In this document: one piece after another, positions 8,989-17,152 of the stretch
How positions within the stretch are numbered: position 1 is the stretch's first letter
Layout of the letters: every line of letters starts with the position of its first letter
DNA from: an uncultured Pseudomonadales bacterium
GTDB taxonomy: Bacteria; Pseudomonadota; Gammaproteobacteria; Pseudomonadales; Azotimanducaceae
Assembly: GCA_964445675.1 (NCBI GenBank)
Contig: CAYUMA010000564.1
Coordinates: 1 to 43,034 of the forward strand
Direction of reading: 5' to 3'
Length of the DNA: 43,034 nucleotides
The notes under the pieces: model-generated
What the model was told of the DNA's origin: nothing
Seen by the model: the letters and a program-made list of their open reading frames with translations, nothing else
The model's database searches: none
Position numbers and translations under genes: made by a program

Positions 8989-10623
8989 ATGACCGAAGAA
9001 GCGCCAAACGCAGCGCCGCGGACCAGCCCCGCTGTGGTTGGCACAGACCCCACATTTCGAAGCGCCTTGGCCCAGGCGGCAATCGTGCGGGCGAAACAGG
9101 AATGGGAATCCACGGTAGATACGCTCCCGCAGGTCGTGTGCGTGCTCGACGGCGATCACAATATCGTGCGCGCCAACCGCGCGGTGGAAATGTGGGGTCT
9201 CGGCAACGTACGCGAATTGCCCGGGCGGAATCTGCACTCGCTACTGCACCCGAGGTGTGATGAAGCGGGCTGCGAACTGTCACGCCACCTCGATGAATCA
9301 TGGGGCTCACTGGCCGCGGGCGGCGCCGCCGATTTCGAGTTGTGTGATACGCGGCTCGGGCGCGTGCTCAACGTCGCGTTGCGACCGATCACGGTTGGCG
9401 CGGCCGACGACACCCTTTCTCCCATCAATCTCGCCGTCATCGTGCTGTCCGATATGACGGCCGCGAAGCACGTCCAGGAGACGCTGCAGACGACGAACCA
9501 GGAGCTCGACACGCGCACGCGCGAACTGGATGCGTCGCGTGACCAACTGTCGATGTTGTCGTCGCAATTGATGACAACGCAGGAAGACGAACGCAAGCGT
9601 ATCGCGCAGGAACTGCACGACAGCATCGGCCAGTCGCTTAGCGCCATCAAATATTCGCTGGAAACCGCTCTGGCAATGACGCACGGCCGCGATGCGAGCG
9701 CGCCGCGGAATCTGCTAACGACCACGATCGGCCGCGTCCAGGAGACGGTCGCGTCGACGCGCGCCATCGCCATGAACCTACGCCCTTCGATACTCGATGA
9801 CGTGGGCGTCGTTTCGGCGGTGCGTTGGTTCTGCCAGGAATTCGGCGACATCTACGCCACGATTCGAGTACACATGGACCTCGCGTTGAGCGACGGCGCA
9901 GTGCCTGAGCATCTCGCGACGCCGATCTTCCGCACCGTTCAGGAGTCCCTCAACAACGTTGCGAAGCACGCGCAGGCTAAGAATGTATTCGTCTCGCTGC
10001 GTAGCGACGCGCTGCTCACGTTGGAGGTGCGTGACGACGGAGTTGGATTCGATCCGAAGGACGCGGGCATGGCACTACGCGATGGCCACGGCCTCAGCGG
10101 CATGCAGGACCGCGCCGCGACGACTGGTGGGACGTTCACACTGCAATCAAAGCGTCGAGGCGGGACCGTGATGCGCGTCTGCTGGCCGAACAGCGTGTCT
10201 GCGCCAGCGCCACGCAACGGCAAGCGGCTGGGGTTCACGCTGCTCGAACTGCTCGTCGTCATGGTGATCATCGGCATTCTCGCGGGCTTCGTCGGCCCGC
10301 GTTACTTCGCGCAAGTGGGCAAGTCGCAAGTGAAGGCCGCCATGGCGCAGGTCGATGCGTTCGACAAAGCGCTCGACCAATACCGCGTCGACATGGGGCG
10401 CTACCCGACGAGTGAGGAAGGTCTCGAAGGTCTGCAACAGGCGCCCGCCGGAGAGGCGGCGTGGGGCGGGCCGTATCTGAAGAAAGCGGTTCCAGCCGAT
10501 CCGTGGGGCCGCGTGTATGTCTATGTCTCTCCTGGCACGAATGGTGATGCCGACATCCTGTCGTACGGCAAGGACGGGCGCTCCGGCGGCACGGGCGAGA
10601 ACGCCGACATTACCAACCGGTGA
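8989..10623 (+). CDS. Cytoplasmic PAS / HisKA_3 / HATPase_c histidine kinase (NarL-partner type); its ORF continues in frame into a GspG pseudopilin
   Basis: SD ggaggg lies 8 nt before ATG 8989. H-box ERKRIAQELHDSIGQSL, N-box ESLNNVAKHA, G-boxes DDGVGF and GHGLSGM. The kinase domain ends near GGTVMRVCWP, but there is no stop codon until 10623. Confidence 0.8.
   Translation: MTEEAPNAAPRTSPAVVGTDPTFRSALAQAAIVRAKQEWESTVDTLPQVVCVLDGDHNIVRANRAVEMWGLGNVRELPGRNLHSLLHPRCDEAGCELSRHLDESWGSLAAGGAADFELCDTRLGRVLNVALRPITVGAADDTLSPINLAVIVLSDMTAAKHVQETLQTTNQELDTRTRELDASRDQLSMLSSQLMTTQEDERKRIAQELHDSIGQSLSAIKYSLETALAMTHGRDASAPRNLLTTTIGRVQETVASTRAIAMNLRPSILDDVGVVSAVRWFCQEFGDIYATIRVHMDLALSDGAVPEHLATPIFRTVQESLNNVAKHAQAKNVFVSLRSDALLTLEVRDDGVGFDPKDAGMALRDGHGLSGMQDRAATTGGTFTLQSKRRGGTVMRVCWPNSVSAPAPRNGKRLGFTLLELLVVMVIIGILAGFVGPRYFAQVGKSQVKAAMAQVDAFDKALDQYRVDMGRYPTSEEGLEGLQQAPAGEAAWGGPYLKKAVPADPWGRVYVYVSPGTNGDADILSYGKDGRSGGTGENADITNR
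10171..10623 (+). CDS. gspG: Type II secretion major pseudopilin GspG, either nested in or fused to the kinase ORF
   Basis: Prepilin signature KRLG|FTLLELLVVMVIIGILA, with Phe+1 at 10234 and Glu+5. GspG body: QVDAFDKALDQYRVDMGRYPTSEEGLEGL...GPYLKK...DPWGRVYVYVSPG...DILSYGKDGRSGG. Possible internal starts are GTG 10168 and ATG 10171 (GAGG at 10157-10160) or GTG 10195. Confidence 0.75.
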   Translation: MRVCWPNSVSAPAPRNGKRLGFTLLELLVVMVIIGILAGFVGPRYFAQVGKSQVKAAMAQVDAFDKALDQYRVDMGRYPTSEEGLEGLQQAPAGEAAWGGPYLKKAVPADPWGRVYVYVSPGTNGDADILSYGKDGRSGGTGENADITNR

Positions 10624-11804
10624 GCGCATTGCAGTATCGCATCAAGGCACACGACCCCTCGCGCGGCATCCTGGTCTACGGTGTTGAGGCGCTCGATGAG
10701 GCCGATGCGCGGCGGCAAGTAGATGGCGCAGGCCGGCAGGTCATCTCAGTTGCGCGTTCATGGAAGCACAGTTCGGGGACACGCATTGCGCTCGTCCCTT
10801 TCAGTCAGGAGCTCGTGGCGCTGCTCGATGCCGGACTCACGCTCGTCGAGGCGATCGATACGCTGACCGAAAAGGAAGCGGCGACCGGTGCACGGCGCGC
10901 ACTCGAACAGATCCGCGGGCGCCTGTTCGAAGGCCTTACGTTTTCGGCTGCGCTCGAGGAGCTGCCGCAGTGTTTTCCGTCGCTCTATATCGCGACTGTG
11001 CGCGCGAGCGAACGCACCGGTGCGATTCGGGAGGCGCTGTTGCGCTTCGTGGCTTATCAGCGGCAGATCGACCTGTTGCGCGACAAGCTCGTGAGCGCGT
11101 CGATCTATCCGCTCGTGCTGTGCGGCGCCGGGCTGCTCGTTACGTTGTTTCTGCTCGGCTACGTGGTGCCGCGCTTCAGCAGCATCTATGAGGATCTCGG
11201 TACTGAGTTGCCTTTTGCCTCGCGCGTCTTGATGGAATGGGGACAGGCATTGCAGAACCACGGCTTGATCGGGTTGGTGCTGTTGGTGCTCATCGGGCTG
11301 GGCGTCGTTCGCGTGGTCGCGCGGCCAGCCGTGCGTGCATCGATCGGCCGCCGGCTGGCGCGCCTGCCGATCATCGGGCGACAGATGCAGATCTATCAGC
11401 TCGCGCGCCTTTATCGAACCGTTGGCATGTTGCTGCGCGGAGGTATGCCCGCGGTCACGTCGTTCGAAATGTCGGCGGGTCTTCTGAGTGCGGCGTTGAG
11501 ACCGGCACTGTCTCGAGCGACCCAGGCGGTGCGGGAAGGACAGTCGTTGGCCAATTCGATGGAGCGCTATGAACTCACGACGCCGGTTGCTACACGCATG
11601 CTCAGGGTCGGCGAACGCAGCGGCAACATGGGCGAAATGATGGAGCGGATAGCCGCGTTCTACGATGAGGAACTCGCGCGTATGGTCGACGTGCTGAGCC
11701 GGGTCATCGAGCCCGTGCTCATGACGGTCGTCGGCATCGCGATCGGCGTGATCGTCGTGCTGATGTACTTCCCGATCTTCGAGCTCGCGGGCAGCATCCA
11801 TTGA
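10620..11804 (+). CDS. gspF: Type II secretion inner-membrane platform protein GspF
   Basis: GTGA start/stop overlap with the previous ORF. Two T2SSF repeats with three TM segments, ~394 aa as is typical, ending PIFELAGSI. Confidence 0.85.
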   Translation: MSALQYRIKAHDPSRGILVYGVEALDEADARRQVDGAGRQVISVARSWKHSSGTRIALVPFSQELVALLDAGLTLVEAIDTLTEKEAATGARRALEQIRGRLFEGLTFSAALEELPQCFPSLYIATVRASERTGAIREALLRFVAYQRQIDLLRDKLVSASIYPLVLCGAGLLVTLFLLGYVVPRFSSIYEDLGTELPFASRVLMEWGQALQNHGLIGLVLLVLIGLGVVRVVARPAVRASIGRRLARLPIIGRQMQIYQLARLYRTVGMLLRGGMPAVTSFEMSAGLLSAALRPALSRATQAVREGQSLANSMERYELTTPVATRMLRVGERSGNMGEMMERIAAFYDEELARMVDVLSRVIEPVLMTVVGIAIGVIVVLMYFPIFELAGSIH

Positions 11805-13576
11805 ACGCGGTGCCCAATAGCGGCGTGCCGACCATCGCACCGGCGTTCGTGCTCGATGACGAGACGCTCGCGGCTGCGGCGGTCGAAGCCGAGCGGTTGG
11901 GCAGGTCCGCCGTCGATCTTCTGCAGGAGCGCACCGGGCTCGACTCGGACGCAGTCGCAGCGGCGGTGGCCATGGCGTTTCACTACGACCGCATGACGGC
12001 GGCGGAGCTGATGCGTCTGGAGCCCGCGTTCGATCTACTGCCATCGGCGGATGCGCTGCGCCACGGCAGCGTATTGGTTCGTCGCGGCGGCAAATTGACC
12101 GCGGTCATCGCCGATCCGTTCGACGCGAGCTTGCGACCCTGGCTCGAGGCGCGCGTCGCGTGCGTACTCGAGTGGGCCGTAGCGTCGCGATCGGACATCG
12201 TCGCGTTCATCGGCATGCGCGAGCAATCGATGCGCGCGATCGACTCCGCGGTCGAGGGTGCGCAGACCGACCACGACGGTGGCAAGGCCGTCGACAATTT
12301 GTCGCTGTCTTCGATCAGCGAGGATTCGAGCCCGATCGTCAAACTCGTTCACTCGACGGTGTTCGATGCGCTGCGGGCTGGCGCAAGCGATGTGCACCTC
12401 GAGACGGTCAGCAACGGTCTCGTGATTCGCTACCGCATCGACGGCGTCCTGGCGCAGATCGCGACCGTCTCAGGGGTAGCTGTTTCGGAGCAGGTGCTGT
12501 CGCGGATCAAAGTGATGTCGGAACTCGATATTTCGGAGCGGCGCGTACCGCAGGATGGCCGCTTCAAAATCGCCGTCGACAATCGGCCGATCGACTTCCG
12601 GGTGTCGATCATGCCGAGCGTGTACGGCGAAGACGCGGTGTTGCGCGTGCTCGATAAGAGCGCGGTCGCCGATCAACTGCAGGCGCTGCAACTCGATTCG
12701 CTCGGCTTCGACAGCCGCACCGTGAGTCAGCTGCGGCGTTTGTCGTCGCTGCCGCACGGCATGCTGCTCGTCACCGGACCGACCGGTAGCGGTAAGACAA
12801 CGACGCTCTACGCGGCGTTGTCGGAGACCAACACGGGTAACGACAAGATCGTGACGATCGAAGATCCGGTCGAATATCAGCTGTCCGGCGTATTGCAGAT
12901 TCCGGTCAACGAAAAAAAGGGGCTGACCTTTGCGCGCGGGCTGCGCTCGATCCTGCGGCACGATCCGGACAAGATCATGGTGGGCGAGATTCGCGATCCC
13001 GAGACCGCACAGATCGCCATTCAGTCCGCGCTCACCGGACATCTGGTATTCACCACCGTGCACGCGAACAACGTCTTCGACGTGCTCGGTCGGTTCCTGC
13101 ACATGGGGGTCGACACCTACAGCTTCGTAGCGGCGCTCAACGGCATTCTCGCGCAGCGCCTTTTGCGTCTCGTGTGCACCCATTGTGCCGAGGTCCCCGT
13201 TCCGCTGAGAACTTCCGGCTCACTAACGCCTGTTCGCTGGCTCGCAGCGGACAGCGACATTGCATTCATTCACGGCGCGCATTCCGTCGGTGTCCCAGCG
13301 TCGCCGACCGAAGCGACAGAAGACTCCGTGATCCGCGCGGGAGCCGGTTGCGGCCACTGCCGAGGCACCGGTTACCGCGGCCGGGTCGCCGTCGGGGAGT
13401 TGCTGGTGCTCAATGACGAGTTGCGTGAGGCCATCGTGCAGCGCGTCCCCGTCCGCCAACTGAAGGAGATGGCGCATCGCGCTGGCGTGCGCCTGCTGCG
13501 AACTGCGGCGCTCGAGCTGGCGCGCGACGGCCGCACAACCATCGAAGAGGTGAATCGTGTTACCACGATGGCGTGA
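11801..13576 (+). CDS. gspE: Type II secretion / type IV pilus-family assembly ATPase GspE
   Basis: TTGA overlap with gspF. Walker A GPTGSGKTT, Asp box IVTIEDPVEY, Walker B/His box IMVGEIRD...TGHLVFTTVHANN, tetracysteine CTHC...CGHCRGTGYRGR. Confidence 0.9.
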   Translation: MNAVPNSGVPTIAPAFVLDDETLAAAAVEAERLGRSAVDLLQERTGLDSDAVAAAVAMAFHYDRMTAAELMRLEPAFDLLPSADALRHGSVLVRRGGKLTAVIADPFDASLRPWLEARVACVLEWAVASRSDIVAFIGMREQSMRAIDSAVEGAQTDHDGGKAVDNLSLSSISEDSSPIVKLVHSTVFDALRAGASDVHLETVSNGLVIRYRIDGVLAQIATVSGVAVSEQVLSRIKVMSELDISERRVPQDGRFKIAVDNRPIDFRVSIMPSVYGEDAVLRVLDKSAVADQLQALQLDSLGFDSRTVSQLRRLSSLPHGMLLVTGPTGSGKTTTLYAALSETNTGNDKIVTIEDPVEYQLSGVLQIPVNEKKGLTFARGLRSILRHDPDKIMVGEIRDPETAQIAIQSALTGHLVFTTVHANNVFDVLGRFLHMGVDTYSFVAALNGILAQRLLRLVCTHCAEVPVPLRTSGSLTPVRWLAADSDIAFIHGAHSVGVPASPTEATEDSVIRAGAGCGHCRGTGYRGRVAVGELLVLNDELREAIVQRVPVRQLKEMAHRAGVRLLRTAALELARDGRTTIEEVNRVTTMA

Positions 13577-14375
13577 TGAGATTGCGATCCGGTTCGCTCC
13601 GGGCGAGCTCGTGCTCACACGCATCGGTCGCGGTATTCGCCCGCGCTGCACCGCAGACACGCGCGGCACGGTTAAGGAGTTCTTGCTGGCAGACTGGCGT
13701 CCGGCGCTCGCGGTTCTTGACGGCTGCTTGAGCGATCCTGCGTGGCAGGGCGCCAATGTCCGCATCGTGCTGTCTAATCACTGGGCGCGCTACGCGATCG
13801 TACCCTGGGCGAGCGATATCAAGAGCGAGGACGAGCGGCTCGCCCACGCGCGCATCTGTCTCGAGAAGGTTTACGGTCACATCGACCATCAATGGATCGT
13901 TAGCATCAGCGACGCACCACCCGGCCGGGCGCGAGTCGCGTCCGCAATTCAGCGTGATCTCCTCGATGGTTTGCGCGCGACGGTCCACGCCCACAATTCG
14001 CGTCTCGCGTCGGTACAACCGCAGCTCATCGTCTCTTACAACGGGTGGCTGCCGCGCCTGGCGGATGTGACCGGATGGTTCGTGAATATCGACGAGGGTT
14101 CGCTCGCCGCAGCGCGTCTGGATGCGGGCGGCTGGGACCGCGTTTATTCGGCGCGAATCGGCACCAATTGGTCGCTCGAACTGGATCGTTTGCGGACCTT
14201 CGGTCGGCTCGCCGCTAAAGACTCCGTCGAATCTCGCGTTTTCGTCGCCGCGCCCGACTGGCTGCGCGACCTTGCGAGCGATGGGGACGATGATGGCATC
14301 GAGTGGCTGCACGACGACGCCCCCGGCGCGTCCGCCGCTGCAGAACTCGCGCTCCTAAGGAGGCTATACGCATGA
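13557..14375 (+). CDS. Cytoplasmic PilM / GspL-N-like assembly protein (no TM segment)
   Basis: Assigned from its position immediately after gspE (GTG start with SD gaagagg, 20-nt overlap), its size and its lack of hydrophobic segments. Sequence similarity to PilM/GspL is only weakly recognisable by eye. Confidence 0.45.
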   Translation: MLPRWRDEIAIRFAPGELVLTRIGRGIRPRCTADTRGTVKEFLLADWRPALAVLDGCLSDPAWQGANVRIVLSNHWARYAIVPWASDIKSEDERLAHARICLEKVYGHIDHQWIVSISDAPPGRARVASAIQRDLLDGLRATVHAHNSRLASVQPQLIVSYNGWLPRLADVTGWFVNIDEGSLAAARLDAGGWDRVYSARIGTNWSLELDRLRTFGRLAAKDSVESRVFVAAPDWLRDLASDGDDDGIEWLHDDAPGASAAAELALLRRLYA

Positions 14376-14899
14376 AGCGCCGCGCGATTGAACTCGACTT
14401 CGCACACGGCCAGCCGTGGCTCACCTTCGGTGGAACGGCACTGCTCCTCGCGGGCCTGACAGTCGCGATCCTCGTGTTCGCGGATTACCGCGGTGTCGCT
14501 GAGCGAAACGAGGGACTCGAACTGCGACTCGCGGCGCTGCGCGATGGTGCACAGCAGACGAAGCCCGACAAGGCGGCGCTGCGCGTGCAGCAGGATGCCG
14601 ACGTTGCGTTTCACGACCTCACGATGCCGTGGTCGGTACTGCTGCGGGAACTGGAACTCGCAAGCGCGGACAGCAAGGGCAGCGTGGCGGTACTTGCGGT
14701 CGAGCCCGATCGGCAGAAGGGTCAAGTGCAGATTCTGGCGGAGGCGCGCACGCTGCCGATCGCTCTCGCGTACGTCAAACGTCTGCAACAAAGCCAGGCG
14801 CTGCGCTATCCGATGCTCGAAAGCCATGAATTGCAGGTCAAGGATCCGGAACGGCCGGTGCGCTTTCAGATCAAGGCCGACTGGAGCTCGACCCAATGA
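14372..14899 (+). CDS. Bitopic PilN / GspL-periplasmic-like assembly protein
   Basis: ATGA overlap with the previous gene. One TM segment (LTFGGTALLLAGLTVAILVF), then a coiled coil and an alpha/beta domain. The track ORF start at 14303 is an Arg-rich extension and was rejected. Confidence 0.5.
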   Translation: MKRRAIELDFAHGQPWLTFGGTALLLAGLTVAILVFADYRGVAERNEGLELRLAALRDGAQQTKPDKAALRVQQDADVAFHDLTMPWSVLLRELELASADSKGSVAVLAVEPDRQKGQVQILAEARTLPIALAYVKRLQQSQALRYPMLESHELQVKDPERPVRFQIKADWSSTQ

Positions 14900-15582
14900 A
14901 AACACTGCCAGAGACCCAATCCGTGAAGGCGTTTTCCGCGCTGAGTCAAGTGGCCAAGCCGGTCGTTGAGCAGCCGCGGAGCGCGACGCGCGCGGTCTCG
15001 CAGCTACCGACCGCAACACAGCATCTTTCGAACTTGGCGCGGCTCGTCTCAACTCGAGTAGCACCGTACATCGCCTACCAGGTGCAACGCGGCGGCCGCG
15101 CGGGCGTGATGGGTATCGCGCTGATCATCTTCAGCCTGGTCTGCTTCGTGAGCGCCAATTCGCCTCTGCGGAATCAGTTGGCGGACTTGCAGACGGAGAT
15201 TTCGACCGCGCACGCATCGCAGGTTGTCGCCGACACTGTTGTGCGAGAGGTCCCGTCAAAGACGCTGATATCGAATCTGCCGTCGCGTGCCGAGCTACCC
15301 GCGGTCACCGAGCAGATCGTTGCGCGGGCCGATGCGGCCGGCCTCGCACTCGAGCAGGGCAGCTACGAGGTGAAGGTCGTGGGCTCGGGCGAGATCGCGC
15401 GTGCGAGCCTGACGTTCCCCGTGCACGGCGGCTATCCGAACATTCGCCGCTTCATCGACGAAACGCTGGCAGTAATTCCAGGAGCGGCGCTGGATGGCCT
15501 GCAGCTACAGCGCAAGGAAATCGGGGCAGCGGAAATCGACGCTGAAATCCGTTTCGCGGTCTATCTGAGAAATGCAGCGTGA
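14896..15582 (+). CDS. Bitopic PilO / GspM-like assembly protein
   Basis: ATGA overlap. Single TM (VMGIALIIFSLVCFVSA) followed by a coiled coil (LRNQLADLQTEI) and a C-terminal ferredoxin-like-looking domain. Confidence 0.5.
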   Translation: MKTLPETQSVKAFSALSQVAKPVVEQPRSATRAVSQLPTATQHLSNLARLVSTRVAPYIAYQVQRGGRAGVMGIALIIFSLVCFVSANSPLRNQLADLQTEISTAHASQVVADTVVREVPSKTLISNLPSRAELPAVTEQIVARADAAGLALEQGSYEVKVVGSGEIARASLTFPVHGGYPNIRRFIDETLAVIPGAALDGLQLQRKEIGAAEIDAEIRFAVYLRNAA

Positions 15583-16052
15583 GACGCGTCGCCGGTTTCA
15601 CGCTTATCGAGCTCGTGATCACGGTCGCGATCGTGGGGCTCATCGCGACCGCCGCAATGCCCTTCGCGGAGCTCACCGTACGTCGCAGCAAGGAACAGGA
15701 GCTGCACGTCGCATTGCGTGAGATTCGCGCGGCGATCGACCGATACAAGGATGCCGCCGATCATGGGCGCATCGAGCGGGAAGCCGATGCGACGGGTTAT
15801 CCGCCGGCGCTCGATGCGTTGTTCGCGGGTGTCGAGGACATCACGAGTCCAGACAAGAAGCTGTTGTTTTTTGCGCGTCGAGTACCGCGCGATCCGTTCT
15901 TCCCCGACGGATCGGTGCCACCGATCGCAACGTGGGGTCTTAGAAGTTACGCGAGTCCGCCCGAGAGTCCGCAGGCCGGCGACGATGTTTACGATGTCTA
16001 TTCGATGGCCGCAGGAACTGCACTGAATGGCAGCCTTTATCGTGATTGGTGA
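15579..16052 (+). CDS. GspG-family pseudopilin
   Basis: GTGA overlap. Leader MRRVAG|FTLIELVITVAIVGLIA with Glu+5. PulG-like helix RRSKEQELHVALREIRAAIDRYK. Confidence 0.8.
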   Translation: MRRVAGFTLIELVITVAIVGLIATAAMPFAELTVRRSKEQELHVALREIRAAIDRYKDAADHGRIEREADATGYPPALDALFAGVEDITSPDKKLLFFARRVPRDPFFPDGSVPPIATWGLRSYASPPESPQAGDDVYDVYSMAAGTALNGSLYRDW

Positions 16053-16437
16053 CGCGGCACGGCGCTCCCGGCCAGCCGGGTTCACATTGATCGAGTTGCT
16101 GGTCGTGTTGTCGATCATCGCGACGCTGCTGATGATCGCGGTGCCGCGGTACTTCCACAGCGAAGAGCGCTCCAAAGAAGCCGTATTGCAACAGGACCTG
16201 GCGGTCATGCGCGACGCCATCGACAAGCACTACGCAGATCTTGCGCGATACCCGGAGGCGCTCGCGGATCTGGTCGAACGTCGCTACTTGCGCAACATCC
16301 CGATCGATCCCCAGACCAAGTCGAGGGACACCTGGGTGTTGGTCCAGAGCGACAATGCGGAAGCCCCGGGCATACTCGACGTGCACAGCGGCTCTACCGA
16401 CAAGGCCAATGACGGGACGGAATTTGCCAGCTGGTAG
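16027..16437 (+). CDS. GspG-family pseudopilin
   Basis: Leader ...RRSRPAG|FTLIELLVVLSIIATLL with Glu+5. PulG-like EERSKEAVLQQDLAVMRDAIDKHYADLARYP. Start is either ATG 16027 or GTG 16042. Confidence 0.8.
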   Translation: MAAFIVIGDAARRSRPAGFTLIELLVVLSIIATLLMIAVPRYFHSEERSKEAVLQQDLAVMRDAIDKHYADLARYPEALADLVERRYLRNIPIDPQTKSRDTWVLVQSDNAEAPGILDVHSGSTDKANDGTEFASW

Positions 16438-16447
16438 GCTTGCCGCC

Positions 16448-17011
16448 GTGCGTTGCCGGAACTACCTGCAGCGGCGTCCGCGCGGCTTCACCTTTCTCGG
16501 AATTCTGATTGCCATCGCAATCCTCGGGGTAGCACTTTCCGCGGCCGGGTCCCTCTGGACAACGGTCGCGCAAAGGGACCGCGAGGCCGAGCTTCTCTTC
16601 GTGGGCGAGGCATATCGAAGTGCGATTGCGAGTTACTTCCGAGCCGGTGGGCGGCTGCCGCTGGAGTTGCAGGACCTCGTCGACGATCGCCGAATGCCGG
16701 CCCCGCGCCGTCATCTGCGTCGCCTTTACAACGATCCGATCACGGGGCGATTCGACTGGGAACTCATCCTGGCGCCTGACGGTGGAATCATCGGGCTGCA
16801 CAGCGCGTCGCAGAAGACCCCGATCAAGCGCGCGAACTTCCCCGTGAACGAAGCGGAGTTCACCGACGCGCAGTGCTACTGCGACTGGACATTCCTGTTC
16901 AGCATGTCGCGGCAGCGTCGACCCTCGAGCAACGGACACGTGACCGACGCGCCGCCGCTCGGCACATCGCTCGAGAATGGCAGCGCAACAGCTCCGTCGG
17001 ATGGACTCTGA
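16448..17011 (+). CDS. Atypical minor pseudopilin lacking Glu+5
   Basis: GTG 16448 gives the leader VRCRNYLQRRPRG|FTFLGILIAIAILGVALSA, where position +5 is Gly. The track ORF start at 16241 overlaps the previous gene in another frame and was rejected. Confidence 0.6.
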   Translation: MRCRNYLQRRPRGFTFLGILIAIAILGVALSAAGSLWTTVAQRDREAELLFVGEAYRSAIASYFRAGGRLPLELQDLVDDRRMPAPRRHLRRLYNDPITGRFDWELILAPDGGIIGLHSASQKTPIKRANFPVNEAEFTDAQCYCDWTFLFSMSRQRRPSSNGHVTDAPPLGTSLENGSATAPSDGL

Positions 17012-17152
17012 AATAGCCCGACCTCTCAGTAGGTTCCCGCACAAACCTTACAAAGAACTTGGAGTCAATCAGGTGTTACCCGGGATATATTGGCCTCAAT
17101 GTAGTCAAGCATTGAACCGGGGCAGGGATCACCCCTATGAGGGGTCACTCTG

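Noticed and set aside
11801-12250. Possible c-di-GMP-binding MshEN-type motif in the GspE N-terminal domain (ERLGRSAVDLLQERTGLDSDAVAAAVAMAF).
   Set aside because: It only loosely resembles the RLGxx(L)(V/I)xxG(I/F)(L/V)xxxxLxxxLxxQ tandem motif, and key Gly/Gln positions are not matched by eye. It needs a profile search.
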